NCBI RefSeq assembly: GCF_009914755.1
Contig: NC_060933.1
Direction: 5' to 3' (one strand)
DNA: 64,000 nt
From: the human T2T-CHM13v2.0 reference genome, Homo sapiens
The translations under genes were made by a program, and so were the position numbers. Positions 1-15,370 of the stretch are shown one piece after another (the stretch's first letter is position 1; each line of letters begins with the position of its first letter). Under the pieces are notes generated by a model. The model saw only the letters and a program-made list of their open reading frames with translations, had not been told where the DNA came from and did not search any database.

Positions 1-1125
1 TCCAGAGAGGCTGTGTTTAGAAAGGTGTGAGGCGGACACTAGGATGGACAGGCAAACAAGTTTCCTCGCAGTGCCAAAGCTGCTCAGCTGGCAGTGACGT
101 CCTGGACTGGCGTGCTGAGGTGTGGAGACCACATGTATGTGGTGACTGACAGGCCACATGTGTCATTGCTGTGGAATAGAGAAATGATGCTGTGGATGCA
201 TGGGTTTGCCACTACCGGACTGAAGCCAAGGAAACTAAAGAAGATCCTGTAATTAACAAAACATGAAATTCTAAAAGGTGGGGGCCATGGTAATATCCCC
301 ATTACCAGCAACAAATTTGGGAGGCATTTATCTGGAAGAAGCAATGAGATATGATGACAGAATAACACGTGCTTGATAAGTGTTTGATGAATGAATTTGT
401 GCACAGATTAAACACAGCAGATGGAGAGAAAAAAAGGCAGAAAAATGATTTCACTCTTTCCTTTTTACCAAAAGGAAAGTGCTAGCTGAAGAAGGGGTTA
501 TCCATTGCTCTGAAGCTGGACCATGAACCTTAAACCATTTATGTGGTTGAAAATGACGTCCAGCTTCTTATTAAACTTTTTATAAGAAGATAGGACAACA
601 AAGACACCCCAGGGCATATATGTGGTAAAGCCATTTAAGGTGAAGAATCTAAAAGGAATCAGGAATACACAGAGCCACAGGAAAAAGCAGGACAGTAACA
701 ACCAGGGTGCAGCCACTACATTGCAGGCACCGTGCTAGGCACTTTATATAGATCATCATGTCTAACCCCTGTGAAGGCAGGTAGGTTGCATTATCCCATT
801 TTAGAGATGGAATAACAAAGGCTCAGAGGTTGGGTTATTTTCCCAATGCCACCTAGATACAATCTGGGCCAGGATGCAAACTAAGGTCTCCCAGATGCCA
901 ATGTTCAGGCCACTTGTACATTATTTTGCTGCCACTCAGTGTTAACAGGGCAAATTAATAAACAAAAGTGGAAGTTTTAACCTAGCATTGTCTATTTTCT
1001 GTTTTCAATAAACATTAATCACCCAAAAATATTTTATAAAAAAATTATTTCTTCAATGGAAATCACTGAAGGTAACATATCACTTTCAACTTTAAATGGT
1101 TCCTATAATGCTGAATAAAGGCATA

Positions 1126-1432
1126 CAATCAGCCCTTCATATCCACAAGTTCTGCATCTGCGAATTCAACCACTAAAGACCGAAAATATTTTAAGCAGTA
1201 AAAGTGATGCAGATAAAAATACAGTGTAACAGCTCTTTACAAAGCATTTACATTGTGTTAAATATTAGGTATTATAAGTAATCCAGAGATGATTTAAAGT
1301 ATACTAGAGGATATACATAGGTTGTATGTAAATATACACCATTTATATAAAAACTTGAGCATGCAGATTTTGGTATGCGGGGTTGCAGGGGAGTCCTGGA
1401 ACCAATCCCCTTGGGTACCAAGTGATGACTGT
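1126..1432 (-). mobile_element. MER2-like Tc1/mariner-Tigger MITE
   Basis: TA-flanked inverted ends (tacaatcagccct ... gatgactgta) and the internal gtcctggaaccaatcccc motif. Confidence 0.7.
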
Positions 1433-1898
1433 ATTCCATTATAAAACACCAAAGTTTGAAGACAGAATTTTAATTTCACTCTAATCTAGATTTAAAGTGG
1501 GCAGCAGGTGTGGGCAGACACAGGTATGGAAAGTCAAGCCACCTTCTCTATGAAGGCTGCCTCTGCCTTCTCCTAAGGCCTCATCTCTGATGTTACCCCT
1601 TCAAAGAGGCCTCTTACCCCCAACCTAAGCAGCCTCCTCCCCCAGTCACTATGGCACATGTTATTTCTTTACTGCACTTGTCACTATCTGAACTTATTTG
1701 CTTTGCTTATTTATTATTTCTACTTCTTCTTACCCCATCCCCAAAAACCACCACCAGTAAAAATTCCTTTGCTGGGAGACTCTGCAGAAACCTGGACTTG
1801 CTGTACCCCTGCATGACACCCAGAAGAGTGCCTGGGCCCTCTCCGTAGAAACCACCTCATAAAGATCTGCTGAATGAATGGCCAACCCAGAAACTCAC

Positions 1899-1989
1899 GT
1901 CTTTCCGTGTCTTATGTTCTGCAGCCTGAATCCTCTGATCCATTTCCTCTTCCAACTCACTCAACTGCATAGCTGCCTTGTCCTGGGCT
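1899..1989 (-). CDS. RASEF: RASEF coding exon 3 (start of coiled coil)
   Basis: Acceptor TTTCAG|A and donor GAC|GTGAGT; 91 nt; (R)[30 protein letters not shown]. Exons 1-3 total 669 nt = 223 codons. Confidence 0.95.
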
Positions 1990-2192
1990 CTGAAATTCAA
2001 AAGGATGCACACCTTTTCATTATACTCTTGAACTTGAAACATGAAGAGAAACTTCAGATTCATCTACGTTAAGCCCTATATATTACAGATGAAGAGAAAC
2101 ACCCCATTCAAAATGATTTCCCATTCCTTCTACATAATAAAATGAGATTGGCAATTCGACCATTTTGGTGTAAAATGATTTTAAAACTAGAT

Positions 2193-2530
2193 ACAGTTAT
2201 GCATTCCTTAACAACTAGTATACATTCTGAGAAATGTGTCTTTAGGAGATTTTTGTCATTGTGTAAGCATCATAAAGAGTATTTACACCAACCCAGCTGG
2301 TAAAGCCTACTTCACACCTAGGCTATATGGAATAGCATATTGCTCCTAGGCTGGAAACCTGAACAGCATGGGACTGTACTGAATACTGGAAGTAACTGTA
2401 ACACAATGGTATTTATGTATCTAAACACAGAATAGATACAGTAAAAGTATAGGATTATATTCTTATGGGACCACTGTCATTTAGGTAATCCTTTATTGAC
2501 CAAAACATTGTGATGTGGTACCTGACTATA
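2193..2530 (+). mobile_element. Tigger3/MER7-like DNA transposon derivative
   Basis: Starts tacagttatgcattccttaac...cattctgagaaatgtgtc; internal gcctacttcacacctaggctatatgg; ends tgactata. Confidence 0.7.
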
Positions 2531-5337
2531 TTAAATAAATTAATAAATTGGATAAAATGATATTAAACTAGATTGTGGCAAACAGTAAAGATATCAAAGT
2601 GCTGGGAGGCTCTCAATAAATTCTGAATTTTTTTTTGCTCTCATGACTGAGTTACAACCCTGGATTAAAAAAAGAACTCTGTGGCAAAGTGATGGTTATA
2701 TATAATTTTGAAATTTCACTATATAAAACTCACAATGTTATATGTTAAAGTGAGAAGGGAAAAAAAGATCTCAATCATTATTCTTATTTGTCCCCTAAAG
2801 TTCTAGAATGTAGATAAGGTTACCTTTTAGAAAAATTATGTTTCTGTTAGGAGTGCAATTATAAATCACATCTCTATGGAGACAGAGCACATTGATTTGC
2901 ATCTAAACCATGAGCTTTAGAGGTGATTCATTCGGACAAATGACATGCTATTAATAAATGACAGGGCTTAAATATAAGATTTTCTGTCTTCTAGTTTGAT
3001 GGGTCTCTGCTATAGCAACTTACCTGCTTTTGACTTATTTACTCCCTCACACAACACAATTTATTCATGCATTGGTTCAACTTCCACATAAAACTCCAAG
3101 GAAGTATTATGGGAGGAAAAAGACCCCAAAGTAAAATTTTCAGTAACATTATTATCTTCTGTTCCTATTTACTTCTTCCTCATCTTATAGCCTGTCCGAG
3201 GTTATGTTAACCAAGCTTGGGAAGTCAGTTCATTTCTGCTTATAAATACCTGCTATTTGAAGTCTAGAAACTGTGTATCTCCATAGCAATGTCTGGCGGT
3301 TTTTTGGTCAACTCTGGGACTGTAAATGGCTAAGGCACATATCCTTTCTCCCTCTGTTATGATAATTTCCCACCTACTTCTTCTAGCTATCCAATCCCAA
3401 GCATCTGGGACTGCTCCGTAATGGACTCTCTCTGCCCTTTTCACTTCTGAGCAACATTTTTCTTCTTTTGTAAATCAGGGTGATGCATAATCACAGAGTG
3501 CTTGCCCCAGCAATTTCCAATTTCTGGTGAAATGTCTGCCCACTGTGACCTAGTCCGGGGCTCCCTCCAGGACACTGGGAACCCCTTCTTCAGGTGCAGT
3601 GCAGAACAAAATGGCCAAAACCCTCCCCCAATTAAAAATAGCAGTGAGGATGGATGGCTAAGCATGCAAGGAATGGTTTACAAGTAGCCATTTAAACACT
3701 TCCTGAGGTCTTTGGTAGCTAAGAAAGGAGGCTTTAGGAGACTTCAGCTCAGCATAGAGGCTGGCTCTGGATCCCTCCAGCAGCACAGAAGGGAGTGGAT
3801 GGGGACACCAACACAGCTCAAATTAATATGATGTACTCACTCCACCATGAAAAAGCAGCCTAGCTGGTAATGAGAACATCAAGCATGCCAGTCTGTTTTT
3901 TTCCTCGTAGGTTTACATGGTATTATCTTTAGATGGGGGGCATGTGTATGCATGTGTACCCACATATCTCTGTGTGGGTCTGTGTATGTGTACCTATGTG
4001 TGTACCTATGAGTTTGTCTGTTTTAATACTTATTGGATGCTCTGAAGAATCAATGTGTGTGTCTGCCTGTCCCATCTCAAAGGAGACCAACTCTGGGACT
4101 CTGACCCACACTCCAGAATGCTCTACAGACTCTGGAGTTCTGAGGACCACCCTTTATCCTCCTGGAAGGCCCCTAGAAGGCTAATTTGAGAGAAAAATGG
4201 TCAGTCAAGTACTAAAAATGTTCATAAGAAATCCCTTGTGAATAGATCAACCTTGGCTTGACTCCAGGACTATAAGAAAGGTCCTATTTCATACCAAGAA
4301 TTTAAAATATTTTCTTTTCTACATCGTAATGAACCAAAGGTTCAACTAGACAGTTTCAGCATCATGTGGATGGGAAGGATAAAGAGACAGCAGAATTGAA
4401 GACAAGTCACCCGCCCCTATGTAGACAGGGCAGCCTCCTATTAAAAGGGCTGCATCTATAAGCTCCAGGCAGAAACCAGCAGGGTGCACAGCGTCTTGGG
4501 AGCTCCTGGTGGAGCACACGACAGCAAGGAGCATCCGTGTGGCACAACACACAAGAACTGTGACAAGCACAATGCCCTCTCTTTCCCAATACATGCTAAA
4601 GGAATGCAGTTTTTCCAGGGGGCAAAGAGGCTGACGTTTGGACTGCAACACATATAAATTGTTTTTTTTGCATGACATAGCTGTTAACACCAAAAAGATA
4701 TCCTATGTAAGCTAGCTATGGCTTAAATGGACTGTATTAGAGTAAGAGTTTAATAGTTCTTTGGCTTTCAGTTCAAAGGGGGAGGGCCAAGTGAGGAGGG
4801 CTAGAGAGTAGAGAGAGTCAAAGCAGCACTGCTGAGCACCCACCATGTGGTGGGCAGTGTGCAGGGCTCACCCATGACATCATCCACTAAGTCTTAACAC
4901 CTGGAGGACGTGAAGATATTCATCCTCATTTTGCAGTTGCAGGAATTGAGACTCAGGGAAATTAAGTAACCTGCTCACAAAGTCTCATACATGTAGGTAA
5001 CAAGGCCAGGCTTCAAATAGTGTTCCATCTACTTCTCTAGATAAAAGTTTCCTGTGTGTTTTAAGCAGCTGGATGTAAGATAAATCTCTTAATTGTTCTG
5101 TATCAAGTCATCATTGATCCTGAAGAGTTTATATAATAGGATCATGATGATCTACTGATTGATTGGTAGCTGACCTACTTCTCCATTGCTGGCTTAATTT
5201 TGAAAGCTCTAGACTCCTCAGGCTCAGGAAGTCCACCTATATCATAGTGTGACAATGCAGTTCAGTCCATTTGCCACCCAGGTCAGAGAGCAAGTTAAAG
5301 CACCCACAGGCCACTTATAAAGGAAGGACTTCAATAC

Positions 5338-5484
5338 CTCTTCACCGCAATGGCCAAATTTTCCATTTCTGTGCTTTGAAGTCTGATCTCACGGATGAAG
5401 TTCTTTATAACATGTTCATATGGCTGAATTAATCTTGGCTCCACAAGGTTGATGTTTTGGTACAAGGTACTAACTTGCTCTTCT
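5338..5484 (-). CDS. RASEF: RASEF coding exon 2
   Basis: Acceptor TTTGGCAG|A and donor AAGAG|GTATTG; 147 nt, phase 2-2. Reads (R)[48 protein letters not shown](R), in frame with exon 1. Not in the supplied ORF track. Confidence 0.95.
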
Positions 5485-5876
5485 CTGCCAAATAAATAAA
5501 TAAAAATTAAACCAATTATAAAATTTTAAAGGCAACTCTGCAGGGGGCTTTTAAGAAAGAGAAACATAAATGAAGAACTAAGGAAAGAAAAACCAGCAAT
5601 CACAGAATGAACGGAAGGAAGGGAAGACAGCAGTCAGGAGATATGTTTGGATTTTTCCCCACAATAGGAGATGGGGCCTGCGAGGACAGTGAAAATGCAC
5701 AGCAAGGGACTAATAAGGAAGGATTTTGTTGTTGTTCCTGCTGTGTATTTTTTAATTTTAATAGAAAGATATATAAATTTACAGAAAAATTAGGTAACAT
5801 TTAATCAGTTACTTAATTCCATGTTTCACCCACCCCTGATAAGACATGTTTCAGCCTTTATCGTCATAACAGTGGG

Positions 5877-6247
5877 TGTATTAGTCCATTTTCACACTGC
5901 TATAAAGAAATACCCAAGACTGGGTAATTTATACATAAAAGAGCTTTTAACTGACTCACAGTTCCACATGACTGGGAGGCCTCAGGAAACTTACAAACAT
6001 GGCAGAAGGGGAAGCAAGGATCTTCTTCACATGGTGACAGGAGAGAGAAGAGTGAGGAGTGAAGGAGGAAGAGCTCCTCCTTAAACCATCAGATCTCCTG
6101 AGAACTCTTTCACTATCACGAGAACAGTACGGGGGAAACCGCCCACATGATCCAAGCACCTCCCAACAGCTCTCTCCCTAGACACATGGGGATTATGGGG
6201 ATAACCATTCAAGATGAGATCTGAGTGGGGACACAGCCAAACCACAG
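5877..6247. mobile_element. MaLR solo LTR (MST/THE1 family)
   Basis: tgtattagtccattttcacactgctataaag ... gggacacagccaaaccac. Confidence 0.85.
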
Positions 6248-6326
6248 CAATGAATATACCTATTATGTTACGGTCAGCTAAAAGTAACTTCATATAAATT
6301 CACATTTTTATATATATTTGCATTGA

Positions 6327-7113
6327 TGTCAGTCACAATTCTCTTGACACCAAATGTGTGGATTTTTTCCTCATACCAACCAATTCTCCAACATTTCAGA
6401 TACCAACTGAGTGTCCAACAATCCAATTTCATTCTGACACTACCCAGAGTCAGCACAGACCCCACAGGTTAAGAGATCAGTCCCACAAGACTGCTCCCCA
6501 CTTAGATACCAGTCACAAGTTCCAGGTTGCCACGTACACTTCTGACCAATCACCTATAAATCAGGGGTTCCCGTGACCCCCTCTTCAGTTCCATACTTTG
6601 CTTAAATGGCTCACAGAACTCAGGAAAACACTTGACTTAGGTTTACCAGTTTATCATAAAGAATATAACTCAGGATGGCCAAATGGAAGAGATGCTTTGG
6701 GCAAGGTATGGAAGCAGAGTGTGGGTGCACAGAACAACACCCTCCCAGCTCCTCAGTATGTTCATCAACCCAGCAGTTCTCCAAACACTATTGTTTTGGG
6801 GGTTTTATGGTGATTGCACTGCACAGACATGAGAGATTACATCACTGGCCAATGGTGATTACCTCAATCTTCAGCTTCTCTCTCCTCCCCAGAGGTCAGG
6901 GATGGGGCTGAAAGTTCCAACCTTCTAATCACGTCAGTCTTTCTTAATCTTAATCATGTCCAGCCCCCATCCTGAAGGTCTAGGGGTCCCCAGCTACCAG
7001 CCTTCTCACTACCATACAAAAGACACTCATCATTCTGGAGATTCCAAAGGTTTTAGGAGCTGTATTCCAGGAAGATGGGACAAAGACCAACTACATATTT
7101 CTTATTGTATCAC
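6327..7113. mobile_element. MER21-like ERVL LTR
   Basis: gacaccaaatgtgtggatttttt...cacagaccccacaggttaag...ggagattccaaaggttttaggagct motifs. Confidence 0.7.
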
Positions 7114-8339
7114 ACTATTTATTTGTGACAGTCCTCATAGTTATTATTTAAAATCTTTTACTAAAAGATAAACATTTTCAGAGGTATTTCAAAAGAAAAA
7201 TTAACCAGATTCAGTAGCTGATCTGAAAGAGGATAAAGGAACTAGTTGGTGAGGGTGGTGGTGTCCGTGACTCACAGTTTAAGAGCTGATTCACCGACAG
7301 GAATGTAGCATGATGTATGAATAATATACCCTTTGTGTCTAGTTAATGAAGCCTGTGTAACTCATCTGCTATGGATGGATGCTATAGCCAGGTGTAGACT
7401 TAATAAGCCCACTATTCCCCAGCGTATCCATGCTTCTCCGGATTGATGGGCTGCATATTGGCCTCCTTGGACAGCTTATATCAGAGACTGCAATCTGGCC
7501 TTCTTCTTCTGATCCTAGTGGATCCCTGCTTGCTAGTATTTAACAAAGGCTGTGACCGGGTTGTGACAGTAGCAACACTTTTTAAAGCAAAGAACATTTA
7601 TACCAGTTGAAACAAGAAATACCAAAAATTTTGAGAACAGTCAATTCTTTGGGCATGAGATGATAACTTACCATAATACCAGCATCAAATAATTCTATCA
7701 ATTCTCATTAAGTCCAGAAATGTTGGGGATAGCTAATAATTGCAGGAAAGCCAATCACTTTGACACACTGCCTGATTTAAAAATCACCTCCAACGTTTGG
7801 ATAATTCTTATGTTTGGTGATCTGGTTCTGTGATTTTACAGTTTCTCCCCTGACAATGCACAACAACTTCTGTCTCCTGCCCCTGACATGGAGAGATTAC
7901 TCTTCTCCAGGTGCTCGTCTAGTTTTTGGGCAGGCCACTCCAGGAACCAAGAAGTCTGAGAGCATTTCACAGCCATCTATGGTGTGACACCAAAGCAACA
8001 GCCACAGAAGACCACTCAGAAATCCTGAGCACAAAATTCATACCCACCCACTTGATCAACATTCCTTGGGCTTTTGCCCTATTACTCTGTTGAAGGCAGC
8101 ATTTTAAGATGCTATGAGGGCGCAAGAAAGATGACAATAATCCTAGGCCTCAGTAACTGAAAAGCCATGCAGACAGCCATCTCACAATTGGAAAAGAAGA
8201 CAGTCAGATAGAATACAATTTATAATTGTAATAAAAATAGTTATACGTAGTGAGTAGTCACCATATTCCTGGTAATGTGTAAGGAAATGTATATGCATCC
8301 TCTCTTCAAATGCTCACCACAACATCATGAAGTACCTTT

Positions 8340-8690
8340 ATTATCCCAGTACTTCAGAATGTGACTATATTTGGAAATGGGTCTTTAAAGAGGTAAATAA
8401 GTTAAAATGCGGTCATTAGAATAGCTCCTAATCCAATCTTACTGGTCACCTTATAAAAAGAGATAGGAACCCAGACATACACACAGAGAAGATCATGTAA
8501 AGACACAGGAAAAGACAGCCATCTGCAAGTCAAGGAGACAGGCCCCAGAAGAAACCAACCCTGCTGATACAGTCATATCAGACTTCTAGCCTCCAGAACT
8601 GTGAGAAAATAAACTTGTGTTGTTTAAGCCACCCAGTTTGTGATGCTTGTTACCACAAATACCTAGGCAGCCCTAGCAAACAAATACCAT
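8340..8690 (+). mobile_element. MLT1-type MaLR LTR fragment
   Basis: cagaatgtgactatatttggaaat ... ttctagcctccagaactgtgagaaaataaa ... gcagccctagcaaac. Confidence 0.75.
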
Positions 8691-8899
8691 ATAGGGCCCA
8701 TGGTAACATGGTGGTTAAGTGGCAGAATAAGGATTCAAACTCAGTCTCAAGCTGTGGGCCACCTGATCAACCATAAAATCATACTGCTTCCCTATGTGTT
8801 AAATAGCTAAACTCTGGCAGAAGAAATGGGATTCAAAATCAATCCACAGACCAAGGAAACACTGAAAAACGTAAGGTACACATTAACTCTGAAGCTTAG

Positions 8900-9272
<373 letters not shown>

Positions 9273-9642
9273 CCAGGCTTGTTCTTATAAACAAACTGCT
9301 TGATCTGTACAGAGGCCAATCATGATTCAAAAGAATTGCTCAAGGAAAATATTATTAATAAACCTGCAGTAGTAAGTCTCTTTATTTGGTGGTATAAGAC
9401 ACAGAAAACTGCCATTATCTTTCCCATCAGAGCTGAGTACAAATTCTGGTTGCAATAGTAAGCCATATTTATTACGGGGCAGTGAAAGAAAAATCTCTAC
9501 TCTTAGATTGTCTGACATAATTTCAATGGATCATTAACTTCTTTGCCTTTGTCATTTACTGACTACCAGGAAGGTAAAAAGCATAAAAACCTGCTCTTTA
9601 ATAGAACCCTGCCTGTCAGGGTGTCATTAAGATACTGTCACC

Positions 9643-9930
<288 letters not shown>

Positions 9931-12900
9931 AAGATACTGTCACCTAGAGTCCTTGTTTGCTGGCTATCTGTACAACATCAAAATGTTCAGAAGTACACAT
10001 CTCAGTAGATTCCCTCACTTTTTGCAAATTTCTAAAATGAGAAAGAAACATAATGATTTGTAAATTCTTGGGTCATGTGTTGGTTCTGGAATTCATTACA
10101 GAGAATTTCAAAAATAGTTTACAGTGAAGCATACAAATAGAATAATTACAGGAAATGTCTGCCACTAACAGAAAATATGTCACATGGTTAACTGTTGTGC
10201 CAGGACTCCACCACGGAAACTCAACTATCTTGCTTTGCATTACAGGGCACACAGGGAGATCTGATTCCCCAGAACCCTTGGCTGGTAGGTTGGAGTCATG
10301 TGACTAGTTCTAGAAAACGGAGTGGGTACAGAAATGGTATGTGTTTGCCACCTCTAGGCTTGACCTCTAAAATCGCTTACAAAATCTTCAGCACATTTTC
10401 TTTCTTTTTTCTTTCTTTCTCACTTTCTCAATTTCTCTCTCTCTCCTTTCCACCTTCTCCTTCTTTCTCCCTTTTCCACCTTTCTCCCTCTTTTCACTCT
10501 CTCCCACTTTCTCCCTCATCCTCATCACCAAAGTGAAAAACTCCAATATGGCTAAGCCTCGTGATAGAATGTGCTTGGATCCCTGAATCACCACATGGTG
10601 GAAAACTGCTCAGGAGAGCTACCTGACCACCTTGATCTGTCAGATACGTAAGAAAAAAATGTTTGCATTGCATGAAGCCAGTAAGACTTGTTCTTTGTTA
10701 CAAAGCCAGTTCTTTGTTACAGTCAGCTTAAGCTTAGAAAGTTGGCATTATGGTTTCCTATTTGGGTATTTTATCATCTTCTTCCCTATTAACATACTTC
10801 CTTACCTCCTTACTTGATAGCTTCACATATTAAGTATGTAATAAAACATTTATGAGCGGGTAAGTCTTAACAATCACTACCCACTCTTTTTTAGAAGGGA
10901 ACAAAAGGCTATCTTGAAGCATTCAGATACCAAAGTAGATATTTATTGATCACCTTATATATGTAGTCCAGGTGCTGATTTAAGCCTTTACATATATTAT
11001 TCATTTAATTCTCATGACAACTCTATGAAGATGTTATCACTAGTATCCTATTTACTGAGGAGGAGACTTAGGCAAGTACGTCCCTTTAGCAGAGCTAGGA
11101 TTCCCACTCAATCCACCTGGCTCCAGAGTTGGGCTCTCTAGGGAAGAACTAGCTCTTCACACCAAAAGTAAGTGCTAAGCCAGTTTTCAGGGGTCTTAAG
11201 TACATACCTCCATTTAGGAAAATGTAATATAACAAGATTTTTAAAAAATTACTTTGGAAGAGGACATGTTTTATTGCTACAAGGATTACCCACGTTACAA
11301 GAGGACTCCTTAAAAGAATGAAAGCATGAATAAGATAAAAATGAGATAACCTTCTACAATTTAGTTTACTTAAAGCTATCTGGGGGAAGGACTATTACAT
11401 GCAGTGGGCACAGTCCCACCTTCCATCCCTGCCCCCATCTGCCTGTGTGCTTCGCTTGGTCTATACTGTGGAAATGATGCACCTTCTGGGGTATGCCAAG
11501 AGACTGTAACATAACACTCTTGGCAATTCTCACACCTGATAGGAAAAGGAAAAACACAACAAAACAAAAAATACTTCATCATAGCAAAAGATAGTACCTG
11601 GTCCCTCTACGTAAGATTTATATTCTGTGCCTCGCCTGGGCAGCTAAATACCTGTGGATTTCTCAACTCAATAAACTTGGCACCATTACTTGGTGCCAAG
11701 ATAATTTTTGTTCCCTCACAAGAGTGTAGTAGTTACTGGCCTCTTCCCATGTCCTACCTTCTGACGTCAAAGGTTAAACAAGCAGAAACGATACAATGGC
11801 CACACACACAACTCTGTTTTCTTCTGGGCCTGACCCAGTTGGCACAAGTGAGTGCTGAGAAGGGTGACAAGTAGTGACAAGGCTTGAAAGCATTTTGAAT
11901 TCATCAAGGACCCAGGGCCTCATCTAAAGCAATTACACTTGCACTCTCAAATTCCATGCAGATCTGTTTACAGGTGTACTTGGCAAACACTAGGGAAAGA
12001 AAGATTAAGGATCAAGTCATAAGCATTAGTCAGTCAAGACAAAAGAAGTCTCTGCATCTGTGCTGAGAGAGCAACCAACACTAATATACCTAATTTGTGT
12101 CTGAAGATATCAAGTGAAATGCAATTAGAGAAAAATGTACCTTGAATTATCAATGTTTTAGATGTCATTTATCTTCTTGTTCAATAAATTATATGATGAT
12201 TTGTATGAACGACAGTAGCAATGGCTAATTACTGATGAAAACTTCACAACTTAAAATTTTTAAATGATCCCTGGGAAATAAGAACCTTAAATAGCAAATA
12301 TTCCCATTGAAGCTGAGAGGGAAATTATACGTACTTGAAGAGAAAACAGGTATACCTAAGATGTATAAAACTTTTTAAAGGTCACGCACCCATTTTCATA
12401 AGATTAACATTTTACTCAGAAGATTACATATATATTTATGTTTATATATCTGGAATGCAGTAGGGCTGGTATGTAGAATGCTTGGACACCACTGATCTCA
12501 GGACATCTCTGGGAACCAGTTAAGTACAGACAACTTCACTCCACATTAAGAAACACAGTGATCCAGTAGGGTGCTTAGGAAAACTGGCCTTTAGATCCCA
12601 AGTCATGCTGATTTAAGCATTAAAATAGGGAGCTAAATTACTCAAACCGTATGTTTTATGCATCTAGAACCCAGTTTTTGTAAACGAAAGCACACAGTAA
12701 TAAATGCCAATGTCTTCATCATTCTATACTAAGGAATGCCACAAGAACACTGATGCTAAGATCCTAGCATCTGAACATGAGACATGAAAACATGCATGCA
12801 ATCCAAGGGGCGCCATGAGAGATCTTGAAAATGCTAGGAAGCCAACCAAATTCCTTCCTGCATAAAGCTCACAGGACTGACTATGACTGAAAAGTTCTGT

Positions 12901-14741
12901 GAGGAATAAGTACAAGATGCACTGACAGCATAGAACAGGTGAACATGACCAGTCCTTGGGGTATTCCCTGAAGTATGCATAGATGTCAACTAGGCAGAAA
13001 GGGGGTGCAATAGGGGGTGGTCTCTTACAGGCATCAATAGCCACAGGCTGTGCACAGCGTCAGGCAGGAGAGCTGGAGCTGGAGAAGTTAGCAGGAGCCC
13101 GATGAGCACATCCTCAAGGACCGAAAGCGCACTGAAGGGGGTCGGCGGGGATGTCCCGAAAGGATGGGAAGCCATGGCAAGATTTAAAGCAAGAGATGAC
13201 ATGATCGAGTTTGCATTTTCACAGTTTTGGCTGAAGCAAGGAATTAAACAAAAGATTTTGAAATAAATGTGCAGAGATAAAAATAAATCTAAGACCATTA
13301 TCATTTAATCCAGAAATGTAGAACTTCAGGAGTTGTCACCAGCTTTTACTCTAGAATAGGTAAATTATAGACAACTAAAATCTGGTAGTATAATTATTTC
13401 TCTTTTTGGGTAAGAACAAGGATTATGTTCTTACTAATGTAATACCAGTTAGCCTACTTCGTTCGATGCCCTGAACGAATCACACTTGTCTAGTCAGTAA
13501 GTGCAAAGGTTTATCCTTTTTCTCCCATATGAGTTAAATAAAAAGTACTCTTCTAAAAACGTATTTTTATTACATAGTATGCATGCTTCCAGAATAAACC
13601 CCAAATTAACTAGAAAATAAATTCTAAGGGCCAAATCCAGCTATGCTACTAGAACAGAAAAATATTAATTCCCTTTCTAAAGTTTAAGTCTTGCTTTCTA
13701 GACAGGATGACCTCTTCCCACTAATAGAGTTGCTTACGACTGGCTGTGGTCTCAGTCTGCATACAGAATGGCTATCCAGCTCTCCAATCTAGAGAAAACA
13801 AACAATGGTCTCCTCAACTTGGCCACAGCAACCAGCAGACTTGGAAAGACAACCTGGTCCAGGGGCTGAGGCTTCTCTGGCTTCAGTTTTGCTGTTGTCT
13901 GATCAGAGGAGTTTCTAATCTACATTTTAAACCAGAAATGCCTCACCCAGGGCCCCTTAACCACACACATCTCCTGCAGGTAAAATTCTTTCTGGGTTTG
14001 TGTCATCTTGAGAAATATTACTTACCTAAGTATCTATTTTTATAACATTCCCCAAAAGATATTAAAACGGAAATTCCCTGGAAGATGAGAGAGTTAACTA
14101 GATCCATTCAATGTCTAGGAACAATCCAGATTACAAATTGCTTCCTATTTTCAATCACTGATATTTAGTTACTGGGAGTTCACCAATGGAGGCAGGAAGA
14201 TAGAAACAGCAGGAAGCATCATGCTGACGCTTTACTGCAGGCACAGCCTCAAAACAACTGGGGCTTCTGCAGTCATAAATGAATACAGCACAGGATAAGT
14301 GGAATGACCTGGGTAGATTTAAATGCTTCCTCCACCACATCTGCTTTATGACTCAGAGCCAAACACTTCACCTCTCCAGCTTCAGCTTCTTCAACCATAA
14401 AGTGGGTATAACCTACCACCTAAGGGTAGCAAAGGGTAGCTGTGAGGTACAGTGCATGGTACAATGTTGGTAATCAGTAAGTGCCAGCCACTGTTTCCAT
14501 CCATTATTATTCTTAACTCCACTCCCCAACTGGGTTAAAAAGAAGTAGATGGTTGTCTCCTGTCCATGTCTGGGTGGTGTTTCAAAAAGGGTCAAAGGAA
14601 GAAAATCTTGTAGTATGGGAGCTCCATGGACAGAAATGTCTTACGCGTGGCAGTACTCTGGGAACTGAAAAGGGACAATTAAATTAGGTCATGTTCAAGG
14701 TCAGTCTGCAAAAGTTATAGTCCCTGGGTACATAATATCTT

Positions 14742-14935
14742 TTCTGTGAAGCACCAGGTAGAAAATACTTTTGGCTTTGCAGGACATACTATCTCTGCTG
14801 CAACTATTTAGCCCTATCACTGCAGTGTGAAAGCAGCCTAGACAATGCATAAATGAATAAGTTTGGCTGTGTTTCAATAAAATTTTATTTACACTAACAG
14901 GCAGAGGGATAGATGAGCCTTGCTGTGCTGACCCG
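14742..14935. mobile_element. MER58A-like hAT MITE
   Basis: aaaatacttttggctttgcagg ... ggctgtgtttcaataaaattttattt. Confidence 0.65.
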
Positions 14936-15370
14936 TTACCATCTATTAACATAAGGCCCTGAGCATAGCAATGTGCATGGGGCAATGCAGACCTCACCCT
15001 TCCACACTCAGATGAACAGGCTTTTATTCACATCGTGCCCCAGGTCCAGATCAAACTTTTTCATATACAGAAGTTCATTCTGTTGACATTACAGTATGTA
15101 TGTGCTATACGTGTGTACATGTATATGTAAGAATATGCAGCTCTTTATTTAAGAGCACTTGCCTTGCAGTGCACATTTGCTCTCCCCGTATTTCTCTTCT
15201 ATCAACTTAACCTGAGTGAAGTTAAATGTAGGCATAATCTAGTAGTGTTAGCGCAAGTAGGTATATTATAGTTATTTTTCATGGAAAAAAATATTTCTAC
15301 TTTGGCAAAAAAAAAGGAGCTGAGAAGCAAAAAAGGAATACAATATCAATTTTTATGTAAAATTTCTCTT